The notes under the pieces were generated by a model. That model worked only from the letters and a program-made list of their open reading frames with translations. It searched no databases and was not told the DNA's origin. A stretch of DNA of 64,000 nt from the NCBI GenBank assembly GCA_965113315.1, contig OZ220365.1; one strand, 5' to 3'. Shown piece after piece: positions 25,201 to 37,200 of this stretch (the stretch's first letter is position 1; the number at the start of each line of letters is the position of its first letter). The translations under genes were made by a program, and so were the position numbers. The DNA is from Podarcis vaucheri (Eukaryota).

Positions 25201-28200
25201 GGGGAAAGCTTCTTCTTTTATTATTATTATTACAACTCTGGATGTACCTTTGTTTTTCCTGAAGCCCTTCTCTGTGCCTTGGTTTCCACAGTCCACAGCT
25301 CTTCTGGTTTGTTTTTCTTCAAAAGCGTCCACAACATGGCTTATTTATAAAGGAGATGGAATTCTGCAAGCCATTTAAATGGATTACAGTTAATCTGTCA
25401 CCTCCTGAATATAGCGTGCTGCCTGCGATAATGCTGATTCATTTTGAAGACTTAATCTGGAGATTTAAGACACACATTTTGACCTAAAAATTGAAATGGA
25501 ATGCTATGTGGGAAGTTCTGAGTCTTTTGAGCCACTTAAAGATTTTCCTGGGGTTTGGGGGTTTGTACATTTTGTTGGTGTCTTTGTGCGTTGAGTTAGT
25601 ATTTTAAAATATTAAAAGGTGTGGGGTTTTTTTGTTTCCCCTCTCCCCACCCACCCCCTTAAGCTCAAGCACTTTATATTTTAGGGGTAGGGAGAGAAAT
25701 GTTTTAAATCACAGCCAGGTAAACTTACACAGATGCACTGATTACGACCTTAACCGCCTCATAAATTATTTCCTGTGTTTTAGTATGTAAGCATCTTTCT
25801 GCTGAGGGCAATTTTACTGTACTTTTTAAAAACTGCTTTTCTATTACTTTATTTTAATTTTTACTTTATGTGTGTTGCATGTCTCCAATAAGATAGCCTA
25901 GCAGCAGTGCTAGATCTGTTAATTCCTGCAGAAATGGGGAAGCCGCTGAGCAGGCCAGACTGTTTACGCCAGAATCCTCCTTGTGTAGGAAAAGGTGATG
26001 AAGAAGAAGAGGATATAAATATTGAGGACTGTTATGTTCCCCAGAGGTCAATCTATGACACAGTGCGGCTGAATGAACAGATTGACTCAGGTTCTAAAGG
26101 CAGCCTCTCCTCCAGGCATTTCTCAGATCGGACTTTGCCGTATAGTCATAGAACACTGGACCTTAGTACATTGTGCTCCAATGGTGCCCTCTCCTCCTCT
26201 AGTGTCTTTGAACTCAGAGGACGGGAAGCCAATAAGCTAGATGAAAAAATGATCTTTGATGCCCTTAAGCTGAACAATGACATCATTCGAACAGCTGGCT
26301 TGCCCAAAGCAAAGTATCACACAGAAAAGAAAGAACATAGGAGATCCTGGAGGATGCTTGTCCCACCAAATTTTGCAGACTATGCAAATAAAAGTGAGTG
26401 CTCACTTGCTGGGACTGTTGATGTGTCCGACTTAGCAGCAACAGGCCAGGTCAAATGTGGGACTAGTTCTCTAACTTCCGAAGAAGATGACTCTGGTCTG
26501 TGCAGTCCTCCAGCAGAAAGAGAAGAAAAACAAGATGTGCTAGAAGGGGAACAAACTCAATTTAGGAGCATATCTTCCATAGACGATAATCAGTTTGTAG
26601 GTAAATTTGGATCATTTTCTCCTACCATTTCTAGTAGTGAACATCAAATTTCATTGCTTACCTCCAGAAGTGCTCCTACCAGTGGACACTGTCGAGTAAA
26701 ATTGCAGAATGCTTCACATATAGAGCAAGAATCTTTCTGGAACTATGAGGGCAACCAAGGGGAAGGAGATGGACATTGCAGTCCACTGACATATTTGAAA
26801 GAAGACCTCTTAGCACATCCAGCATGGCTCCAGGATGGTGAGAGGGAACATGATTTCACTTTAGACAAAGAGGAAGTGAGGAACAGCGCTGAAGTTAATG
26901 AGCCATTAGACACCCAAGACAGGATGATTGAAAAGGACCTCCTGGATATTGCAACTCAGGATATAGATATTTATGATGATGATGATGCAGCTTTACATGC
27001 TAGTGATACGGACTTAGTAAAATATGTGATTTTGCATGAAACTGAGGAAAGTAATATGGCCCATACAAGTGCAATAGAATTGTCCTGTCAGGCTTTAGAG
27101 GCTAATAATACCACAAGCTGTCAAAAAGCAAATCCAATCAGCGCTGAATTCAGCTTTTGGACTACAGGCATGCAAATAGAACCTACCTTGGATACAGTGT
27201 GCAATGGCATGTTGTCTTATAAGGTAATTCCAAACTTAAATGCATTCTTTTCATGCTGCAGGGTGGGTTATTTGTTATTTGTTATTTTTTCTTCTGTAAT
27301 TGCATCATGAATGCTTATGTTTAGATTTTCCTAATCTACCCAAAGAGCTCCTTTAGAATCATTTGCCCAACAAGTTATTAGAAGGCAGAAATTGGCGAGA
27401 TGGTCACTTCAGTAAATTGATTAAGGGCAGTTTGTGACAGGGTTGATTGCTTCCAGCTGTTTGGTTGCATGGCTATTTATTGTCCAGATGGTGCCTGTTA
27501 CCCTTTATTTGGAATGCTTCCACTGGGCATTGATGTTCAGCACCCCCTCCATCCCTCCCCTCAAATTATGTTTCAAGCAGCCAATGCCATTCAAGGGCAG
27601 ATAGGCCTTCCCTATTCAGATTTAACCAGATTTCAGCTGCAGCCATATACTGTACACACTTTCATAGGAGTAAGGCCCATTAAACCCAATGGGCATGCTT
27701 CTTCTGAGCTGACAAGTATAGGATTGCACTGTTCATCATAAAGGTATACACAACGATGCTCAAATTTCTGCGGTTTCCAAAGTACACAGATTAAAGGCTT
27801 GTTGCACGTACTGAAATTATTTCCTTGCATCTTCATGCCAAAAAGTAGTCCTAAAGTTGTAGGGGATTTTTTACAAGAGATCTTGTAACATTTACTGAGC
27901 GGTGAATGAAGTAAGGAAGTAGAAAACAGCTTTGTAATAAGCATGGGGAGCTTGTGAAGTCTTTAATTTAATTTTGTTCTTTTTGTTTTTGGTCACTCTG
28001 ATCTGGTTGTGTCTTGAGTTATTTTAGGACTTGTTGCTAAGCTGTTCTGGCAAACTCTAGCCTCAATTCCTACTTTTGTGAGTGGGTATGTGTATCTAAA
28101 CAACAAATCAAGGGGAACAACTCGGTTTGGATTGCTATGGAATTGTCTTAAAAATATATCAACATCTGAAATAGAGGAGAGTTGGATTGAAGGACTGCGT

Positions 28201-31200
28201 TACTAGTTCCATGGGCCTAAACTGGAGCAGGACTTGTGTCTCTCACACAGCAACCTCAAACACAGGAAGCTTCTTTTGAAAGAGGGGAATTTCAAAAGTA
28301 GTTTATGGAACCTGGGGTGTGTACATGTGCCTGCCTGTTTGATTGCCAAAGATACTACTGAGCTAACACTTGGGTATGTGTAAATTAGCTTTTGCATCCC
28401 AGCCCTTGTTTATTTCTCTAAAGTAAAGAGAACTTGCCCATATTATATATTATTTTGTGGGAAAGGTAAGACCTGTTTGCTGTTTTCAACTACTTGGTTC
28501 CTCAGAACTCTGCTTTATATTGCCCCCCCCCCTTAACAAATCCCACAATGTCCTGCAATTAGGTAGTGCTATTGAGTACAGCAAAAACAGCATTATACGT
28601 GTGTGTGTGTGTGTGTGTGTGTGTTCCTGGTTGCTACTATGTAACACACCACTGTGTCTGAGGATTATTGCATGTAGTCTCAAATGTGTGTGAGCTGTCC
28701 ATGTTCGGACTTAAGTTCCTCACTGCCTTGGCAAAACCCCCTTCTCCCGGTTATTCGTGTGGATTTAAGGCCTTGAAGAGAGATGGGTCACACACTGTCC
28801 TGTGTATCAATTGTGCTTGGTGTGTGTTGAAGTGCTGGCTGCTGTTATGACGTAAACCTAGGTGTGAAAATGTGCTGTTTGCAGACTATCCTAGAAAATC
28901 TGGGTTTCTTACACAATGTGCATAGCAAGTTTCTTTTTTCCTACTAGTGTTGTGCTTGGCCATTTTGGTGTACAATTTATGTATCCCATCTTGGGGAAGC
29001 TTCTTATCATTTTTGTTTTCAATTATGTGAGCATAAAAATTACTTAGGGCTGATATTGAGGTACATCAACTATAAACATGCTTTATTTTCAGACTGTTCT
29101 AGGAATTTGGGTGTCCTGGGCTACTTGAGTGTCTAGCTCCTAGGTTCTGAGGAATAACTTTAGCCATACTGAGGTACACTTGTAGTATCCCCATAACATT
29201 GCTTGTATTAAGGGAATGATGTTACTAGTGGCAGCTGAAATAGATATTCAGGATGTGAGCCATATTTGCTAGTAAAGCTATAATAATAAAGCTCAGTACA
29301 GTATTGCAGTACAATGGCTTCACAATATTTTGCTGACTATAGTGAAATTGCTGCCAAGGGACAGTGTCTGTAGTAGCAGTAGAAGAAGAAAAAGAAGATT
29401 TTTGGGGGGGAGGGGAGTACTTAAAAGGTAAGAAGCTTTAAGACCACAGTTTGTATAGCCTGGGTTCATAACCCACCAACAGCATTTGATGCCTGTGGAA
29501 TATTTTCTGTCACTAGCCTTTGCAAGTTCTCAAATGAACATCACTTAGGTTGGTGGGTTGAGTTAACCTGCATTATGATATCATTATGTGAAGCATGCTT
29601 GAATTTCTTGCCAATGAAGACCACCTGGGAAATAAAGGGACATGGTCCCCACTGTTTTTCAGTATCTTCTAAAACAATATAACCATTACTAGTCTTATCT
29701 AGAAGGTGAATGCTGGTGTAGTTCCTTAGTCATATGATCAGCTCATTCTCCCAGGCCATTCCTGAGGTTCAGGCTCACCATGCTATAGTGGCCCCCAAAT
29801 CGTTGGATAGCGCCTGCATTTCTCCACTGTGCAGCTAGGACTGGGGACAGTCCCTTCCTGCATGTGCCCAGCATCTCACTGCTCACTTGGTCTGTAGGAA
29901 CCACACTGTCCAACACCAGCTCCTCCCATTAGAATTAAGAGCACTGCATCATTTTTAAATGACTATGCAAATCATTATGCACCACAGAAACATATGCTGA
30001 GCATATTCAGACAATTGATTAATTTCCTCACCAAACTTTAAGCATTTCCCTTGTCCACCGTTACTACTCATACTTTCAAACTCTACTATATAGACTCTGG
30101 GCACTGTGTATTTGGTCTTTCAGAAAGGGTTTGACAAAGTACTTCACCAAAGACTCCTTAGTAAGCTTAATCATGGAATAAAAGGAGAGGTCCTCCTACT
30201 GTTCTGCAACTAATTAAGGAACAGGAAGCAGACAGTAGGAATAAATAGGCAGTTTTCCCAATTAAGAGATTAGCATTGGGACATGGGCTTTTAAACTTGA
30301 TTATAAATTATAAAAGTGAGCAATATAGTAGCTGAGGTTGCTGATGGTACCAAGTTGTTCAGGGTGGTTAAAACAAAAAGAGATTGCAAGGAGATCCAAA
30401 GTGATCTATCCAAATTGGCTGAATCATACTAGAACCCAGGACCATAGTATGAAGCTAAATGTTGGAAGATTCAGGACAGAACTTAAGAAAGAACTTCTTC
30501 ATGCAGTGAATAGTTTTAACTTTGACAAAGAAGTAGTGGTGACCATTACTGTGATTGGCTTCAAAAAAGAATTAGACAAATTGATTGAAGATAGAGCTGT
30601 CAATGGCTGCTAGCTATGATGGCTATGCTCTCTCTGTTGGAAGAAGTATGCTTCTGTACGCCAGAGTCACAAGTCCTTTTTGCACTCAAGTCCTACTTTC
30701 AAGCTTCCCACAGGCATCTGGTTGGCCACTGTGAGAACAAGATGTTGGTCTAGATGGGCATTTGGCATGATCCATCAGGGCTCTTACGTTTTTATGGGCT
30801 ACTTGTGTCTGCTGGCCATATGCAAAGGATAACTGTTTGCACAGAGTTGCATGGCCCCAAGAAGAATGGGCTATTGTGAACAGATATCTGAACAATTACT
30901 ATCCACAATATGTCATCCTCTTCAGTTTGACATAGGTGTCCACAACGTGTACCTTTTGCTTTAAATATTGTTTGAGCATCTATATTAGGAAGATTCAGTA
31001 TGGAGCACTATGTTTGTCTCTTCCTTTTAAATACAGTGTTTTGTTTTTTATGTAATAGCAGTTTCTTAACTCCTGTTTGGGTTAATGTGTATATAATTTA
31101 CTCTGAGTTGTTTTGTGTTTACAACATTAAGAGCAATTTGACATGTACACTCTGCAGCTAAATACTGTCTTTCCACACTATGTTCATGACATGCTGTGTG

Positions 31201-34200
31201 ATTTTACTACTGATACCTGCTCTGGTCATCACTTATGCTCAGCATGTTCCAGACTTAATAATCTAAATGTGCCTTTGCCTTTCTTTCTTTCTTTTCCTTT
31301 TGATCTGAAGGTATTCGAGAAGGAAAAGATTGAACCACTGCAGGTTAAGCAACAGGAGGTAAATTGGTTGGGTCAAGGCCTTATTCAGAGTGCTGCTAAA
31401 AATGCTAGTACTGATAACCTTGAGCGCGATCTTGAGGATGTTAACACAAGATGGAAAACTCTCAACAAAAAGGTACGTTAGTTGTATTTGCACTGTTGTT
31501 TACCTTTCTAGTCTGCTGTTGTTTTTGTTTTGCTCTTATTTCTGATTTTCACTACAAAGTAGTACTACACATTATTGTAGTAGACTGCATAATAAAATGC
31601 ACAAAATCCCCAGTCCAGAACTCCATGTGTGCTCTGGTGCTTATGTAGAGCTCCTACAGAAGCAGACTACCCTTTGTCACATGGGTACCCTGTCATTTTA
31701 AGGTCCATGGAAAGAAACCTGTAGAAAGTCAAAAGCCTAAAGGAAATAGAGGATTGCAAAACATAATTCATGGTGCTTTCTGTGTCATGCTGATTGAAGC
31801 AAAATGCCTACTCAACTGTCTTCAGCCCTATTTAGGGAAGTTTTTAATAACTGATGCTTTAATGTATTTTTAATCTTTTGTTGGGAGCTGAGGAAACCCA
31901 GCCAGATGGGCGGGGTATAAATAAAAAATTAATATTATATTATATTAATGTCCAAATAAAGATGTGTGCATTCAAGAGGCACATGAAGTACTTAGGCTTC
32001 CCTGGGGATTATCCCTAGGCAGGTCTACCTCACACTTTGTGCACCTATGACCTGCTGGTACAAAATGTTGTATTGTTCATACCTGTATTAAGACAATTTT
32101 AAATATTTGCTGAAGTGCACAGAATGTCACTCAAGTCAGTGAAGAGCTTCATAGTTTAGGAGTTGCTAGCCTTAAATTGTTCTTATTTTCCCTAGGGGTT
32201 GTTTGATTGACTGGAAAGATGGAAAGAGGCATTGTGGGAAGAGGATAATATTTACAATGTTTTTTTGTTTGTTTGTTAGGTTGCTCAAAGAGCAGCTCAG
32301 TTGCAAGAGGCACTGCTCCACTGTGGGAGGTTTCAAGATGCTGTCGAATCTATCCTTAGCTGGCTTATTGACACAGAAGACCTTGTGGCTAATCAGAAGC
32401 CTCCATCTGCTGAGTTCAAAGTTGTGAAGGCCCAAATACAGGAACAGAAAGTGAGTGGAAGTTATTTATCTATCTTTAGATTAATTATATTTTCTCTGTC
32501 ACCTGCTCAGTGGGGTATTTTAAACTGTTTTTAAAGCTGTGTTTTAATTTTGTAACCCACCCGGGGCCTTAGAATGAATAGTGGGTAATTAATAACAGTA
32601 ATAACATGTGGTGGCCTGGATAACAGTGTGGCTGAGTATGTATTAGACATGCGCTATAAGAGGTGCAGTTGCAAAAGAACTTAAAAAAATACATCTCCAT
32701 AGTCTCTGTGATCCCATCACTTAGGATGGTTGTCATGGATGCTCCTGTGGGGGGATGTGTTTGGCTTTTTTCAGGGGAAGGGCAAATTTTCTCAACCCAA
32801 TCTGTGAAATTCTCTTTAAAGATTTGCCCTTTCCTACTTTCATTTTTGAATTCTCCACTCATTTTAACAGAGGCATCCAGACTGTAGCATATTAGTGGAT
32901 CTATTAGTCCTGCCTTTTACTTGTATGGCTCAGATTCAGCGGTAGACAGCGGGTTTTCCTGGGGGAAAGTGGCTAGGCAAGCGGAAGTGTGGGATGAGCC
33001 CTAAATTGCTTTGTTCATTCAATGAGAAAAGTGACCAAGAAATATAACAAATAGTTGGTATGTAAATTTATATCCATCTCTTCTTTCACCATGGAACTCA
33101 ATGGAGTTCCCAGGCAGCCTCCCATCCAGGCATTGATTGCATCCTTTGTCCGGGGAAATGTGGTTTTCTTCACTTCTTTGGGAAATGTGGGGAGCTGGTG
33201 CAGAATGGGGGGGGGGGAGCAGAGGCCATGTATAGCACAGAGTAAACAATCATTTCATTGGACCAGCTTTCTGTATATATTGCAAGGAAAACTCTGGAAT
33301 ATCTGTGCTGGTTCTTGGCATCATTTCATGCACGTGTACATTTCACTGGATGCACATCAAAAACAATTATTTCGAGGATCAAAAGCAATCTGATGTTTGA
33401 AAAGACATCACTGATATTGTGAAAAGGGGCAGGGGGAAGAACATTGTAGAGCTACTCCCTTAAGTTGAAATAAAGTTCAAAATTTTGTCAGGGCTTCAAT
33501 CCTCCTTCATCATTTTGACAACCCTCCACCCCACCCCTTCTCAGCTAATCTCTTTTTCCCATATATGCCATTCAGTGTGGACATATACGAGTTGCCTATA
33601 CATATGGGTTAGTAAGGGATGAAATCTGTGCCTGGTGTCAGCTTCTGCTCCACCCCTTACTTCCTGACTTCTGTCCTTATAGAGTTTTGTAGAGTCTGTT
33701 TTGATTTAGGGTAACATCTTGTTGTGCCTGTATCTTCAGTTAATAATGTCAAACACCCCTGCTTCAGATTGTTCAACAATTGTTTATAACACAGTTGCTG
33801 ATGGATTGTTAGACCCTCATTTAAAAGGGGTGGGGAAAGAAGGTTCATATTAAATATTGAATTGGCAGTTGTGGAGTAAATACAGCACATCAAACTCTGT
33901 AACCAGATCCATAATTACTTTCCTGTTCAAAATAAATGTATGAGCAAGGAAAGAGCAGGTCACAGCATGCACAGCATCAGAGAGAAGTTGTGCTCTCTGA
34001 GCAGTCTTAACAAAAGGCAGTAGGAGAGAGGAGGGGGGATTTTTGGCTGAAACATAGAAGGCAACCCTCAGGGAAGAGCACTGCATGAAGCTTAGTGAAT
34101 CAAGTCCTCAGGTTGTCTGGCCAAAGTGAGTATCCAAAGTTGCAGCTGCTCGCAACATAAGAATCTCCGAAATGATCATATGTTTGTACTGAAAATTTGG

Positions 34201-37200
34201 GACACAATCCAGAGAAAGTTATAACATGTTTGATTCCCCATTAAAATAATTTGGTCTTAGGAACATCATTAAGCCCTGAATTGTGTTCATCTTATTGAAT
34301 GCGGCCACAAGTGTTTTGAAAGGTGAGCACTATATAAACAAACAGATATTTCTCTGGATTGCAGTGGATAGTTGCAAACATCAACAGTGTATGAAAAGAT
34401 GGGGAGGGTTCTTATGTGAAGCGGAAAATTTCCTATCTTTTCTTTTTCCAAAATGGAAAAGCTTCCCCAAAAGTTCCCAGCACTGTCATGTGTTATAAAA
34501 TGTCCCAATGTGATTCCCCCCTCTTCCTGCACATGTCAACATCATACCTCATATAAGGCATATATATCTGTAGCCCTTCCAGAGGCTTCCAGGATAGCAT
34601 TGAAAAGAAATCTGAATGAAAACATTTGGAAGGATGCTAGACCTTTACAACCGATGCTAAGATTGGCACAGTTTGCTCGCTCTCATAATGAAATTACTTA
34701 TTTATGCAATTTATGGCACTTGCATTGTAAGACTGCTGGCACCCTCACAATTTCCTGCCATCTCAGAAAATTGTTCCCTTAAGCCTGCCTCTTTTTGCCA
34801 GTAAACAAGACCTTGAAGAATCTGCCTCTTAATCTTTTTACAGCCTTGTAGTGAACAGTCATTTCCTGGCAATTTGATTTTTGATTATTTTGTCTCCAGC
34901 TTCTCCAGAGATTGCTGGATGACCGCAGACCCACTGTTGAACTAATCAAGCGTGAAGGGGAGAAAATTGCAGAGTCAGCAGAGCCCGCTGATAAAGAGAA
35001 GATCTTGAAACAGCTGAGCCTCCTGGATAGCAGATGGGATGCACTGCTTGATAAAGCAGAAACAAGGTACCTGAAATGTTTGCATTCACTTAGGGGTACA
35101 GTAGGGTGTACTCCTTGATACAGCATTAGAAACTAATTTGAAACTATAGCAACATTTTCATCCAGTTAACTGTAAGATTCGCATTTGAAGCTAAATGAGA
35201 AAATGGCTCTGAGTATATTACAAGTTTTAGAAATTTCAGTGAAATAATATGGGGAAATCAGTATCACATAATCACCCGTTCTTGTAGTAAAGTGGATGTC
35301 TCCCATAATCTTCCAATTATGGGAACTACTTTTAGGTGTAGTTCAGAGATTTTCGAAGTAATACAGTGAACATAATTAAACCGAAGTAGTTCTTTCCAAG
35401 CGCTGATTTTAACTTTTTAGTATTTCATACATCCCTCATCCCGCAAAATGTGCTTTGTTTTCACATATTGTAGGAATCATCAGTTGGAAGGTATCTCAGC
35501 TGTAGCACAGCAATTCCATGAAACTTTAGAACCACTGGTTGAGTGGCTAACCATCACTGAAAAGAGGCTTTCAAATTCAGAACCCATTGGAACACAGGCT
35601 TCCAAACTACAACAGCAGATTTCTCAACATAAAGTAAGATCTTAATGTGCCTTTCATTGCGGCAATTATTTTATGATTTATAAATCAAAAGTGGAGTATT
35701 CCGCCCAACACATTTTTTTATTACTTTGTTTATATTCTTCTTTTACCATCAAAGTTATATTCTTTTGGTTGTTCTTGAGTTGTTTTCATATTTGGTTTTA
35801 TGGTTTCTTTTGTTTGCTTCTTTTTCTTTTCTTTTTCTTACTACTTTGAAAACTTCATTTAGGCCTTTGAGGAAGACATCGCCACGCGCAACAAAAATTT
35901 GGAGCAAGCTATTAATATTGGTCAGGCTTTAAAGGCACTGAGCTCCAAGGAAGACAAGGAAATGGTGCAGGAGAAACTAGATTCTTCAGAAGCCCAATAC
36001 ACTGAGATTCGAGAGAAAAGTGGCAGTAGGGCTCAGCTTCTACAGCAAGCCTATTGCAATGCTCAGATTTTTGGAGAGGATGAAGTTGAATTGATGAATT
36101 GGCTGAATGAAGTACATGAGAAACTGAGCAAACTGGCAGTCCAAGACTACAATACTGACTTGCTTGTGAAACAACAAACTGAAATGCTGGTATTTCCATT
36201 TATTTTCTGTTGATTTTATTTTACCATTTTAAGCACTATTTCATATTACTTCTCATTTTTTTATTGTTATAGTCGTTTAATTCTGTATCCTGATCATTTA
36301 TTTTTAAGCCTTTATCCTCCCCGCACCCTGCTCCAATTCTCACTCTGAGAGAATAAGTGGGTGCTTATAGACTTTCAGCTTTATAGATTGTAAATGATGA
36401 CTTCTCTGATGTAAAAGCTTCTGAAATTTTCTAGGCTCTCCAAGAAGAGATTCTGCTCAGAAAGCAAAATGTTGATCAGGCTATACAAAATGGTTTGGAG
36501 CTTCTCAAACAAACAACAGGTGAGAAAGCCATGAGGAAATTAATGATTTATGACAACAAAGACAAGTAAAGTAGAAACTTTTGGGGGCTCATTGACTCCT
36601 ACTGGAACCTTTTTAAAGCTCATTTAAAAAAACCTTTTTTGTTCATAAGTAATGGGATAAGTTTAAAATTATGGGTGCAGTGTCTAATAAAGTTTCACAG
36701 TGTAATACTATACCTGTCCGCTCAGAGGTAAGCATGACTGAGCTCAGCAGGGCTTACTCCCAGGTATGTGAAAAGAAAGCAGTAATGAGAGTTGGTGTAG
36801 CATAGTGGTTGAGAGCATGAGCTGGGAGTCCTCAGTTCAAATTTAGCCACAGCCATGAACTTCCTAGGTGACATTAGGCAAACCATTAACTCAGTCTCAG
36901 CCTTCCTGCTGTAATATTCTACTGGTCTACTGTGCAGAGCTATTGGGAAAATTTAGAGCTGATAGGAAATTTCTCAGAAGAGAATTTCTTAACAGATGTT
37001 TGAACAGTTGGAGAATTTCACTCTACTGCTGGGGAATATATGGTGAAATAGCCTTTCAGATTTCATCCTCTTTGAATTTTGAGCACACACTGGATCCAGT
37101 TTTAATATTGTTGTGGGGAGCAATAGACTTGACCTCTACTCCTTCCCATTCTCCTCTCTTACTCCATTAGTTCCATGTGTTGTTTCTGTTGGGGAGAGAG

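Noticed and set aside
25907-27310. ORF-track start at GTG 25907, or an independent retrogene / TE ORF
   Set aside because: The ATG at 25934 has the Kozak context and matches the known N-terminus; there are no TSDs, poly-A tail or TE protein motifs, and an in-frame donor links it to DST
34779-35126. Antisense ORFs overlapping DST exons (also 14968-15207, 35912-36199, 57383-57706)
   Set aside because: Expected shadows of coding exons on the opposite strand; no independent support
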